Source: Chiloscyllium plagiosum (taxonomy: Eukaryota). Taken from it: 64,000 nucleotides of DNA. Shown piece after piece: positions 51,598-64,000 of the stretch (position 1 is its first letter; each line of letters opens with the position of its first letter). Both the position numbers and the translations under genes were made by a program. Under the pieces are notes generated by a model. The model was not told the DNA's origin and did no database searches. It worked only from the letters and a program-made list of their open reading frames with translations. The stretch spans positions 70,126,944 through 70,190,943 of the forward strand of contig NC_057711.1 in NCBI RefSeq assembly GCF_004010195.1, given 5' to 3'.

Positions 51598-51934
51598 TGA
51601 ATGTCCCATCATCTCTTGTTGATGTAATGACCAGGCACGAGACGTTACAATCGTTCAACAAAACTGGCAAAATGCCACCCACTGGTGTATACCGTTCACT
51701 GAGGTTTCCACAGACATCATGCAGCAAATCACTGTGTGACAAACCTGGGCCCCATGACTCCATAGCTAACCACATGAATACGAAAAACCAACGAATACTG
51801 GCAAGTCCAACCTCAACCAGTCATTTAAGTGGAGAATTCAGTGACTGGCATCTATGGAAATGTGGACAGTGCTTTAAGACCTTTACCCAGCGGATTCTTC
51901 TGCAGATGCATGTGTGTCCACAGAACCCAGACAG
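51598..51934 (+). CDS. PRDM6: PRDM6 internal exon (337 bp): linker plus zinc finger 1 ((L)[10 protein letters not shown]...[29 protein letters not shown](R))
   Basis: Polypyrimidine acceptor ttttttattccctag, donor AG|gtaacc; C-terminal part recognised as PRDM6; phases 1 and 2 match. Confidence 0.97.
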
Positions 51935-54900
51935 GTAACCAGAATCGAACACAGACAAAAGAGGCTGGTGGAACTCGTTACCACAGGGGATAGTTGACGT
52001 GAATAGTGTAGATGCTTTTAAGAGGAAACTAGACAAGGACATGGGAGAGATAGGATGAGAATGGTATGCTGGTAGTGTGGGATGAAGAGGGGATAGAAGA
52101 GACTTGAATGGAGTACAACTATCATTGCAAGCCTGTTGGGCTGCAGGGCCTGTTTCTATGATGCAAATATTACACAATTGAAAAAATACTGATGGCTGAA
52201 ATTTCATCATTCTGCTTTTATGCTTTTGGAAAATCAGGCAATTGTTTAATAACTTAAATGAGGAATGCAAGCAAACATGTTATTGTCAAAAAAAAAAATG
52301 TTGTCTCCCTTAGCTCAATATTTCTCTGCACTTCGAGACCTTAATGAGGCTGAACAGTGGGTCCCGAGCCTGCATTTGCCAAGTTATCGCAAACCATTTC
52401 TGAATTCGAGAGTATAAGCTGGCATCTCTAAAACCACAGCAGGTCTGCTGGGGGTGGGGTGGTGGGGGTGACTACTGCTGAGGCAGCTTAGAGCTCATGA
52501 GGCTCAGACAGTTAAGTGTAAAAATAAAAATGCCAAGAGGCCAGGCAGGCAGGCAGGAGTCTCCCGGTGACACACAGATGACAACGGCCTGACATTCACT
52601 GCTCATGGTTCCCTCTTTGGTGTATGGAGCCTGCATTGCTATTGCCAATCCCTGCCACCAACCCAATCCCATTGCATCCTGGACAGCTACAGTAGGGACA
52701 GTCCAGCAAAGCTGTTCTTAATAATGCATTAAATTACTTATCTCGGCAGCCAACTCCACTTGATTGGCGGCTGATCCTGTTATTAGGAAATTTCCCTGGC
52801 AGTGGCAACACTTCATTGGGATATTGACCCACTGCTGCTCCCTATTATGTTTCAAGACATCCCGTGCCCTGATCTCCCATCCAGGAATTGAGAAGACCCT
52901 ATCCTCTCTGAGGCTTTTGAACCAGTTTAAAAAAAAATGAACACTCAAATCCAAGATTTAAAGTCTAGCTATTTTAAAACGAAGCTAACAACCACAGCTG
53001 ATTCAAATGGTACATTTTCAACACCGAACCCAATAACCAGGCAACATTCCTCAAACTTATCAAAGGATTTACAAATTGAGATGATGTAAACAGTTACTTT
53101 CGCCTTCAGGGTACTCACTGGTTGTCTGAAGTTTTTGGCTGCATAATATTTTACAGTGGACAAGGAACAGTCCACACATGAAGGCAATCACCATATGTAA
53201 CTTGTGCATGAAAGTCTCATTTGTGAGGTGAAGGTGAAGTTTATGGGAAAAAAAGGCAGGACTATATACAATGGTTTATCCACAATAGGGTGGAAGTTAG
53301 TGTGGGCCTGGAAGGGATTATGTGAACAAGATACATGCAAACAGAATAACATGCAGGCAGCTCACTGCACGAGGGAAATTCATTTTGAGCTGTGGCAGGT
53401 GAGTTCCAGGAGTGGGCTCAGATTAAGAAAATTGGGGTGACTGGGATGAGAATTGAGTAGAACTGTGGAGTGAGAGGAAATTCTCATGGTGTCTTGATCT
53501 TACACAAATGGTTTTTATTTTAAACAAAAGTATTGTATAAACTTGGCAGTCACAAAATCTGCTGAAATATCCTAAGCTGGATGCATGCCTGCATCAGGAA
53601 CAAATCTTGCAGACCAGTCCTTCAATAGATATGAAGCCCTTAATTTAGGTAGTTAAGGAACCTAATTGCTCTCAAAATTCCTACAAAATGGTTTCTCATG
53701 AGTTTAGTAGTGAGGTCATCATTAGTGTAGATTGGTTGTAAGCAATCAGACTTCCTTGTTTTGGTTGTACAGCTGAAATACAGGTGCAGTTTGCAAATTT
53801 ATAATTCTATGCCTTTTGCATAGAACTGATACAAACTTTAAACAATAATCTCACTGTATTTCAATTCTTTAAAAAGAATGAATTGCAATTATGTATTATT
53901 TTCACAAATGAATTTCTATGAGGAATTCATTGTATTTTTAAAACCACACAGGATAAAAACAAATTAAGACTTGAAATTTTGCTGTGGGATAAAGATTAAT
54001 ACTACTAATTAATGTGACAATTCAAATTAACATGATGTTCAAGTTAAGTAATATAAATAGCACAACAAAGTGGAAATGTAGTGTCCTCAAAATTTATAAA
54101 CTTGGAAACCAGTTTGGGGAGGATGCTTTTGAAGTGGTTTCTCAGGTTAAACACCACTACCAGTATGAACAATTTGAGTGTTTTCCTAAATGTTAGAATC
54201 ATGTAACATATAGCATAAAGATTAAATTCATGTTGAGACAAATAATACTGACTATTTACTACAATATCACTGACTTAAGCATAGCCTGAGTCTGTACTGT
54301 ACACTATATGCATGTAACTGACAGAACACAACACTGACTCTACTGTAGAGAGAATGACAAAAGGCAAATTGAGTACTTTTACATGGGAGCTTCTGATGCT
54401 GTGCTGTCTTAAGGTACACTACCTGTCTGCTCTGGAATCTACACCAGAACACTATAGTTTGCTTTGTATTAACAGTCTTAACTTAAATTATGCAAAGAAG
54501 GTGAGTGAGTCAATGTATAATGCTGGTTATACCAGCATGGCCATTTTCAACCTCACTGCTCCAGCTAACATCCTCTCTTAATCTTGCAAGACTAAGCAAG
54601 CATTTAACAGCAGAAAAGAAGTTGTACATCAGCTACTTCAGGTTGATTGATTTCTGCTGGTTCTTGCTGGGTTTGTGTTTTTAGTTAACATTGGTAAAAT
54701 CTGAAGGGAGTGGTGCTGCAGCCAGGAAAAGCCTTGGTTCTTTATTCAGGGTTTTGCTCTGACCATTTGCATCTGGTCATGCAGTTCTACAGCTACTATT
54801 TCCCTTGGCTTGCAGCATGACCATGAGCAAAATTATCACATAGAAGCACCCATTGTTTGCAAAGGAAAGAGAAAGAGAAAAAAGACTCATACCAGCTGGT

Positions 54901-55249
54901 GCAGTATTCAAAGGAAGTTTAAATGATTTATTGTTAGTTTGTTCATTGATCGAGATTAATTGCATTGGATTGCTTAATCCTGTGAGTGGAACTAAAGATT
55001 TTAAAAAACAGATGCCAGATGAAGAAGATTCTGGAATTTGGGCAGAATATATGTGTGTAGAATTCCTATAGTTGCTGAAGTATTGATGACAGTTGTCACC
55101 TCTGTATTGCACTGGGATAAATTAGATATATAAGACACACAACAACGAACAAAAGCTTTACAGGTGACTTCAACCTCTTGAGTAATTCAGAGCAATAAAA
55201 TACAGTATCATTGGAACATGTTAATCTTCATAATTGACCTGAGTTCAAC

Positions 55250-55630
55250 TTCCAAACAGACATTCTCTTCCATAACAAAATCAACTACTTCCAACTCTGG
55301 AAAAACTTCACTCAGCTGCTCCTAAAACCTTCATCTATGTCTTGATTAGCTATTAACTCAGCTATTCTAATGAACTCCAGATTGGCATTTTGTTTTCCAT
55401 CCTCCATAAACCTGAGCTCACCCTAGTTTTTCCACCTGCATCCTAACTCACATCAAATCCTGTTCACCCATTCCTCCTGTGTTTCCTGGCCTACATTGAC
55501 TCCCAGTCCAGCAACTCCTCAAATATAAAATTTGCATCCACTTGTCTATAAGGCCTCAGCCCTCATCTTTCTGGTAATTATTTCACCAATTCTGTTTGGT
55601 TGCAAGGCCTTCAGCTGCCTAGCCCTCAGC
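55250..55630 (+). mobile_element. L2-type LINE 3' fragment
   Basis: CTACATTGACTCCCAGTC...AAATATAAAATT resembles the L2 LHWLPV..RI.FKI motif. Confidence 0.7.
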
Positions 55631-55769
55631 ATGCTGACAAAGCAGCCCACTTGTTTGACATCCCATCTAGCACCTTTAGCATTCACTCTCTCTAGTGCCA
55701 GCAAGGCAAGTAATCCACAAAGTGCACTGAAGTAACTCAACAAAACTTCTTGTATAACATCTTCCAAAC

Positions 55770-56030
55770 TCAGGACTTATACTACCTAGAATGTCAAAGG
55801 CAGCAGATGCATAGGAATACCACCACCCACAAGTTCTCCTTCAAGACACACACCACACTAATAGCTCTGTTGTCACTGGTTCAAAATCCTGGAACTCCCT
55901 CGATAATGACATTATGGGTGAACTAACATTGCATGAATTACATGATTCAAGAAAATAGCTCACCACCAGCTTTTCAAGGGCCATATGGAATAGACATAAG
56001 TGCTGTACTGGCCAGTGAAACCATAAAAAA
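55770..56030 (+). mobile_element. LINE family B 3' end
   Basis: AAGGCAGCAGATGCAT.GGAA.ACCACCACC...TCAAAATCCTGGAACTCCCT...GCTCACCACCA; matches the reverse complement of 18080-18300. Confidence 0.75.
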
Positions 56031-56649
56031 ACTTTTTTTTGTTATGCATAGATTTTGTACACCAATAGACTTTTTAAAAGAATTTAGATTGTGACCCAAA
56101 ATGGTAAATAGTGCAGTTTCTAAGGGTTAGAGATTTCTACAATTTGGTTTTTAAGCTTAATGATAGTACCCAAAGCTGAGAGAAAGAGACTTTTAGTTTT
56201 TATTTGACTTTGAGTGGGGCAATCCTGTGAAGTTCTTAAAACGGGATGTTTTAAGTGAATGTTCCCCATTATAATTTACGCTGTTTCTGACTGTAAGGGA
56301 CCTATATTTGCCTTCACTAATCTTTTCCTCTTCACATACCTATAGAAGCTTTTACAATCAGTTTGAGTGTTCCATGTGAGCTTACTCTCTCATTAAATAG
56401 CTGAGCAGGCTATTCCTATGTTCCTATGTTCTTAAAAGAGAGTTGCTAATCACATTGCTGTAAATGAATCAATCCAGATTACCAACTAAGGCTCCTTTAT
56501 GCTTTAGACATAGTTTAGATGATTTACAAAATTAGTTTAGTCCAAGTTCATTATTATCAAGTTACAATGAAGTTATGCTTTAATCTTTACAAAAAACATT
56601 CTCTCAGCTTTCAGTTTAGCTAGAATGACTGAGTTTTTGGATAAGTATG

Positions 56650-57560
56650 AATTGATCAAAGAGAACATGGAGTTTTGAAGGGGAGGTTATGTCTAGTCGG
56701 ATTTTCTTGAGGAGATCACTTGCATGATGGATAGATGAGTATCAATGGATGTTAATGAAATGGATTTCCAAAAGGCATTTTATAAGATTCTGCATTGGAG
56801 ATTATTAGTAAAAATGTAAGTGCACGTAATTGGAATTAACCTTGTGACATGGTTTGGTAATTGATTGAGGAGGTAGGAGACACAAAGTAGAAAAAATAGA
56901 ACATTCTCAGATTGGTAGAATATGACAAGTGATGTTCTCCAGGGCTCTGTGCTGGGGCCTCAGCTTTTCATAATGTGTATTAATGACTTGGATGAAGGAA
57001 TAGAGTATTGCATACCCAAGCTAAGAGGCACAGTATGTTATGTAGGAGCTGGAAATTACAAAGGGCCATACACAGATGAAGTGAGTATGCTAGATGGAGT
57101 TCATTGTGAGAAGTGGGAAATAAAGACCCTTAAATCTAAGATAGAATATGAGTATGAGTAAATCAAATCTAACTTGCACATGTGCAGAAATCACAATAAG
57201 TTTGAGCAAATGCACAAAAATAATCAAAACATGTTGACCTTTATCTCAGAGGGGTAAGAATTCTAAAAGTCATGCTTCAGTTGTACAGTGATTTGGTCAG
57301 AGCCTGACCTGGAATATTATATGCAGCAAATTAAACTAAATAAAGATGTATTGTTCTTAGAGGTGTACAGCCCACATTCACTGGGAATTCAATGGCTAAA
57401 TTATAAGGATAGATTGCATATTTGTGGTTTACATTGCTTTGAGTTGAAGAGTATTTTTTCAATGTTTTCAAAATCTAAAAGGAATTTGTTTGATACAGAT
57501 GAATTCAGAGCTAGAGACATAACATGAAATATTAGAATTAGGACATTTAGGAATTTCATC
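56650..57560 (+). mobile_element. Old CR1-type RT fragment (continues at about 57930-58140)
   Basis: TSDVLQGSVLGPQLFIMCINDLDEGIE; MDFQKAF. Confidence 0.8.
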
Positions 57561-57594
57561 AGGAATGCATCTTGCCTCAGAAAAAAAATTTAGA

Positions 57595-57905
57595 ACTCTT
57601 GCATTTATGTATCTTTCATAACCATTTAATGTCTCAAAGCACCTTAAAGCCAATTATTTTTGCAGTGTATTCACTGCTGTAGGGTAGGAAACATAGAAGC
57701 CACATTTTGATGCTGATTGAGGGATAAATATTGGCCCCTGTTTGGGGATCGCACCCATTTTTCTTTGAAATAATCCCATGGGATCTCATATATCTACTTG
57801 AGTGAGCAGTTGAAGCCTTAGTTTAACATTACATCTGAAAGGTTGTACCTACAACAGTACAGCATTCCCTGAGTACTGCGTATGAGTGCCAGCCTTGACT
57901 TTTGT
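57595..57905 (-). mobile_element. Deu-domain SINE (SacSINE1/AmnSINE1-like)
   Basis: TTGAGGGATAAATATTGGCC...CCATGGGATCT...GTTTAACAT..CATCTGAAAG...CAGTACAGCATTCCCT.AGTACTGC recognised as the Deu-domain reverse complement. Confidence 0.75.
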
Positions 57906-59250
57906 GCTTTCAGCATGCAGTTATAATGACAAGTTGGAACTTCTTCCTCTCAATGACTGTAAATGCCATGCAACTATAACTTCAAATCTGAGAACAGTAG
58001 ATTTTTGTTAGGTAAGTGAATAAAGGGATAAGGAGCAAAAATAGGAAAATGGAGTTGTGGTACTGATGAACCATGGTCTAATTAAACAGAGAGAGGCTCA
58101 AACGCCTAAATGTCTTGCTCCTGTTTGTATATTCCTAATGTGCAATACAGTATCTCAATCCAATTAACTGCTAGCAGGTAATGAATTGTGAATTTTGCTT
58201 ACCACTGTTTTTTTTTCAATGCATACACAATCATCAATCCAATAGAACTGTCAGAAGGAAATAACTGCTCAATAACATTGAGGAATATTGCTGCCAATCA
58301 TTCATTGCCTTAAAGGGATTGTTTCTGTGAACATAAAACAATTACACATTTAATTTTTTTATGACTTACAGTAAAAATAAATCATTTTGGTGCAGTTATA
58401 TTGACCTCCACTGCAAAAATTGTTTCTTTAATTTGCCGTTAAGAATTAATTTAACCACAACACAGGCAGATGCAGTGAAGTATTTCCCTCTTTAGTTTCT
58501 CCTTTGTGTCAAGTGAGTTTTAATATCATCTCATTGGAAAAGTTCATTTGGAATTTAAAACTGAAAAATTCTAATTTCTTGACAAAATCTTCTGTACATT
58601 CTATCATCGCTAAACAAATCACTATTCTGCATTTGTTATACTTCTAACCAATGTCAGATTTACAGATTACTCTGGAACTGCTGAAGAGTCATAAAATTGA
58701 GGACAACCAAAGAAACTTTGAGTAAAAGTAACTATATTCTCAATAAGGATAAGACACAAATGCATTTAAACTGACTGATATAATTTAATTCAGATTCAAT
58801 GAAATCATCCCTTTAAGATATATGCAGAAGATGAATGTTTTCTGGATGCTTTAGATTCCATAGGGGATAAAGATGGTCTGAAAGTTTGTCAATATCAAAT
58901 TTTATGGCTTTGAAATGTGGATGAGATTTAGCTGAATTAGACTTTTACTCACTGAAGTGGATGTTGTTTAAATATTTTTGACGCTTCTGTATTTGTCTTT
59001 TATTCCAATCAGATTTGCCATTTTTCATAATTATCAATTATAATATCATGGCAAACAGAGTCAGGTAAAAACAATGGCCCCTAAATTTATCCGTGTTTCT
59101 CCTGATAAATTCAGTTATTCATCCAGTATTGAACATAATTGAAAAAAATATTATAAATATATTGACAAATATGATGAAACAATATATTGAAAATATTTCA
59201 ACACATTTTGCAGCTTAGCTGTGTAACCTTATGTTTGGAATAAGTAAAAT

Positions 59251-59585
59251 TTAGATTAGATTACCTACAATATGGAAACAGGCCCTTCGGCCCAACAAGT
59301 CCACACCGGCCCAACAAGTCCACACCAACCCTCCGAAGAGAAACCCACCCCGCTACATTTACCCATGACTAATCCACCTAACACTATGGACAATTTAGCA
59401 TGGCCAATTCACCTGACCTGCACATCTTTGGACCGTAGGAGGAAACCGGAGCACCCGGAGGAAACCCACGCAGACACGGGGAGAATATGCAAACTCCACA
59501 AAGACAGTTGCCCGAGGCAGGAATTGAACCCAGGCCCCTGGTGCTATGAGGCAGCAGTACTCACCACTGAGCCACCGTGCCACCG
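59251..59585 (-). mobile_element. V-SINE (HE1-like), near full length, with an internal 19-bp tandem duplication
   Basis: Intact V-domain GTGTCTGCGTGGGTTTCCTCCGGGTGCTCCGGTTTCCTCC; GGCCCAACAAGTCCACACC present twice. Confidence 0.92.
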
Positions 59586-59732
59586 TTAATGAAAGAGCCT
59601 TTGGATCACCATCTCCACTATTCATATTTAATGTCTTAGCCATTGTTTTAGAAATGTCTGTGTGTATAAAGAGGATTCTCTGCTTCCATGATACAGTAAA
59701 AAATGTCTCTGGCTTCTTATTAAAGAAGTAAT

Positions 59733-59851
59733 AGTCAGGGGTAAATATAGAATAATGGGGTAGGGGAATTGGTCTGGGTGGATTACTCTTTGGAGGGTTG
59801 GTGTGGACTTGTTGGGCCAAATGGCCTGTTTCCACACTGTAGGGATTCTAT
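59733..59851 (+). mobile_element. 3' fragment of a V-SINE, inverted relative to 59251-59585
   Basis: GGTGTGGACTTGTTGGGCCAAATGGCCTGTTTCCACACTGTAGGGATTCTAT. Confidence 0.85.
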
Positions 59852-60939
59852 AAAGTAAATTAAGGTGGATGGTTATGTGCTGAACATTTTATTTTGCTTT
59901 GTGTGATTCTTTAGACCAATCCCATACGTATCACATTCTTGAAGTTTTTTTTATAATGCGTAGTGATAATGATTTGAAATTGGCACAATTATAACAATAA
60001 TGCATTTTACTCCCTCCAGCAATGTACTACAATGAAATATGATGAAGTGTTGCAATGATTGGAGATTTACAATGTATAATATAGATAACATTTTTGGATA
60101 GTATTATCATAATTGAAATACACTGACAATCAATTATGCATTCACATTCCTGACATCCTTTGGAACCAAATCATTGACTGTAGATATATGTAAAGCTGCC
60201 TGAGCTCACAATGCTGACTCACACCTGCTGGCTCTATCCATATTTACCACAGTACACAAGCAATATTGTGTTAAGCAAAAGTATGTAATATTGTAACACA
60301 GCTCTAATTTTAATAAGGCATTCAAACAATATGTTTTGAAATGCCATGGTTATGCTCAACTGTCAATCAAATGTTACTCTGCATTTCATTATGTTCCTTG
60401 TCAGAAGATCAAGGACCTCCCCGAAGGACACAGCCAGTTTTAATCATTACCATATTATGACTGGTTTTGTGCAAATATTGAGTGTAGTTTAGGCCCACAA
60501 GGTTTATAGAAGTGTGGCAAAAGCTTGCCCTCTAAAGTATACACTGCCTATTTACATTGACATTCTGTCAACTTGAGGTGGTTTATTATCTTAAACACAT
60601 TTATAGGCTGCACAGTAATATACAATGCCAGTCCAATAGAAAGCAATAAATTTTTTAAAAATCATAATACATCCATAGTTAATCATGATACTCTCTTGCT
60701 TCATATAAGTTGACTGGGGGTAGCTTTAATACTTCATCACTAGATGTACCCAATCTAGATGTGAAGTTTATATTACTTCTTTAAAAGTTTGCTGCATGTT
60801 TCATAAAAATGGAATGTTCTAAGTGTATGCTTGCACTCCAGTGATAGTGTAAAGAAATAAAAATTCAAAAGATCACCAAAACAAAAGCTTAAATTTAAAA
60901 AGTGTACTGAGAAAAGTAAAATGCCCCCTAAGGCAATCA

Positions 60940-61740
60940 AAATATGACACCAAATCACATCAGCAGGTATCAAGACAGATGACTTAAAGTTTGGACAGAG
61001 GTCAAATTTAAGGAATGTCTTAAAGGAAGGAGAGGTAGAGTGGTGGAGAGGCTTAGGGAAAGAATTTCAGAGTTTAAGATCTTGGCAGCTGAAAACACAG
61101 CCAATAAATGTGGGGCAATTAAAGTTAAGGATTTGGAAGAGTGCAGATATCTCAGAGAGTTGTGGGGATGGAGGAGATACAGAGTTAGGATGGAAAGGTT
61201 GTAAACAAAGATGAGAATTTAAAAATTGAGACATTCCTGAGCTGGATGCCAGTGTCGGCCAGTCAGCAAAAGGGAAATTGGTGAATAGCACTTAGTGCAA
61301 ATTAAGACATGGGCAGCAGAGCTTTGGATGATCTGAATAGAAATTGGGTGTGGCTGGCCTGGCGAACATTGCATTGTGCAAGTCTAGAGATTAGCAAAGT
61401 CAGCAATGAGGTTCTCATCAACTGGTTGGCTGATTCCAACTTTGCCTCTGTCTATGTGGTGGTAGAAACATATGGTTTTAGTAATGGCATGAATATGTGA
61501 TCATAAACTCATCTCAGGGTAAAATATGATTCTGAATTTGTGAACAGTCTGGTTCACTTTCAGATAGTCCCCAGAGTTAGTCGCTTGGGAATGAAAGTTC
61601 TATCATGAATCAGACTGTAGCTCTGGGCTTCACAATATTTCATTGGTGGAAAATTCTGCTTGTCTAGCAAAGGATATCAGACAAGTTGTCTGACAAGTTA
61701 GAGACTGCTAAGAATGGTAACGATGGTGATGAGGTAGTTC
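60940..61740 (-). mobile_element. L2-type LINE 3' fragment
   Basis: AGGAATGTCTTAAAGGAAGGAGAGGTAGAG...GGCAGCTGAAAACACAGCC...GAGAATTTAAAATTGAG resembles the reverse complement of 55250-55630. Confidence 0.7.
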
Positions 61741-62371
61741 TTTAGGAGAATCAAAATTCAGGTGGAAGAGAGGTCAGGCAATCCAGCCTTAAGCCTTATT
61801 GATGTTGCCGTGAGCCAGGGAGAGATAGCTGAGTGTATAATGGGGTGAGGAGTTTCACAGTCATCTCACAGGGAGGAGACGAGTCTCTATTTCCCAAAAA
61901 TAATTGAGACTGGAAATTTTAGTGGAGGAAATTTGAACTTGCATCCTATAACTAACTGAGGTAGCATACAACAGTGCTCAATGTTTGCACTATTAGATTA
62001 CTGGGAGAATGTTACTCTTTATAATGTATGACTCATTATTTTTCAGTTCATGTTGGTGCGGGCACCTGTGAATTGAACCTCATGGTTTGACAACTAGTGA
62101 TATCAGCAATTGGTTAACTGAGTGAAACAGATGAATATTACCATGTAATTTTGATTCTATGTGAGTTGCATGTGCTTTCAGGTAGCTATCCAGTTATACA
62201 ATAGAGATCTATATTACCAATATGAGGACAGTAAATAAGCAGTGCATGAATATGTGAAAACAAATCAGTATGAAACAACATGTTTATGAATGAAAACATA
62301 TTTTTAATTTAGTACAATAAAATATATTTTATTTAAGTAAATAATAGACTATATATTTGGTTATTTTCTAG

Positions 62372-62548
62372 GCCTTACCAGTGTGGACACTGCTCTCAGT
62401 CATTCTCCCAGCCTTCAGAATTAAGGAATCATGTTGTAACCCACTCCAGTGACAGACCTTTTAAATGTGGGTACTGTGGACGTGCCTTTGCTGGAGCTAC
62501 AACATTGAACAATCACATTCGAACACATACAGGGGAAAAACCATTTAA
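62372..62548 (+). CDS. PRDM6: PRDM6 internal exon (177 bp): C2H2 zinc fingers 2-3 ([58 protein letters not shown](K))
   Basis: Acceptor ttattttctag, donor AA|gtaagt; two C2H2 fingers and a TGEKPF linker; in frame with the previous exon; not in the ORF track. Confidence 0.98.
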
Positions 62549-64000
62549 GTAAGTAACCTTAACAAGGTATAGTAATTACTGACTTGAGACCTTATTGTGG
62601 CTGAACAACGCTTTCTCTATAATCACTGCAAGTTTTTCTGTGCTGTAATTAATTTTATTTAAATCTGAAGTCCAATTAAGATAATGTATTTTGCTTTTTG
62701 TTGATGTCTAATAGAGGTTCCTTGATGACAGTGAGTGCAGATACAAATTTCCTGACAACAAGGGCAATTCAAATTTGTGACTAGGTTCAAGGCCTATTTC
62801 GTGAGCTGAACTTGTTGTTTAATGTAACCCACATACAATTCAGAAATAGAAGCATCATATTTTCTCTTCAATAATATTTCACATTCAAAATAAAGAGGGT
62901 CAGATTATTGTTCAGATTGGAAATTCTTGTCAAGTGCGAGGGAGCTGAAAATAGAACCTTAGCACTGTTGCAAACTCAACATAACTCACACTGATACATA
63001 AATACAGTCAAAGAAACACATACTTTAAAAAGTCTTATGTCTGAGCAATCTAAGAATCCAAGTCTTTGAAAAGAGATTTCTAGCAAGAAGGGTCATGTGC
63101 TATGCAGCAACATATCAGTATTAGCTATGTTTAGCATTACACAAATTCTTCTTCCCTGGTTAGAAGTATTCATTTTTCAACAGGGGACTGTACAAACATA
63201 TGAATATGTGATTATGAGAATTTAGAGATCATTTGGACACTCAGGGCACATAATTGACATGCTTCACTTGAAAATTTGTGCTCTGCCTAGAGGATCTCAA
63301 TGCAAATTTTGTCATGAAACATTAATTGCCCCATGGCATTTAAATAGATCTATAATAGTGTGAATTTTGTATTCTGCATGGGTATTGATGCCAGTGAAGA
63401 ATTGGCAACTGAGGACTGGCAATCCAGAAGAAATTATTGGTGACAGATATTACATACGTCATCTTCTAGTCAATGGTTTAGGTCAGTACTCTTATTGAAA
63501 ATGGGCGAAATCCACAACATAATCAACCCAAGCACAATACTCTGATATTTTAACAGAGAATGCACTGTGCCCTGAGGTATAAACAGTTGAGTTCAAACTT
63601 ATATTGGCCTGAGAAATTGAGCTGCTTATCAGTGAAGTAACTTCTGTGGGGTGCTGACTTGAACTTTGCATTTGTGACAGTTGGAATGTTCAGTTCAGTT
63701 GGTATTTTGTGTATTTTTCTAGGCTTTAGTCCAAATTATTGCTCGCAGAATTTATGATCGTGACAAATAGATTTTTGTACATGGGAATTGCAATGGGCTT
63801 CACCCTTTTTTTCTGTTATTTGAAGAGGGATAAGGAAGACTGAATGGTAGAATCATCAGAGGCAGATTTCCCCACTTGTCCTAATCTACACAGCTGTACC
63901 TACAGACACAGACATACGTATTTGGAGATGTTGAAAGGAAATAGTCACCCAGGCCGAATTCCAGACTACCTCTTTTGGGGATGTAGTGCAGGAAACAGCC

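Noticed and set aside
62549..64000. Terminal PRDM6 exon (fourth finger and stop codon)
   Set aside because: No CxxC finger after a suitable acceptor was seen; it probably lies beyond the window.

Overview
Vertebrate genomic DNA, most likely elasmobranch (shark), inferred from HE1-type V-SINEs, Deu-domain SINEs and abundant CR1-group LINEs. The window lies inside PRDM6 (+ strand). Four internal coding exons splice in frame with canonical AG/GT ends: 26580-26707, 43461-43585, 51598-51934 and 62372-62548. They encode the C-terminal PR/SET domain, a linker and zinc fingers 1-3. The upstream exons and the last exon were not found here. The rest is intron: a 36-bp minisatellite (1-3442, with a 776-N gap), many decayed CR1- and L2-type LINE fragments, several SINE families and decayed PIF/Harbinger genes. 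The most interesting signal is four short non-coding insertions from three sequence families, each carrying a minimal hammerhead-ribozyme motif (CUGANGA, one extra nt, stem II, GAAA, NUH). Three are fold-back elements flanked by 13-15 bp direct repeats, and two same-family copies show compensatory stem II changes. They look like Penelope-like or retrozyme-like non-autonomous retroelements. Three of the motifs lie in the sense strand of the PRDM6 pre-mRNA. Repeat boundaries are approximate and family names come from recognition by eye, not database search.
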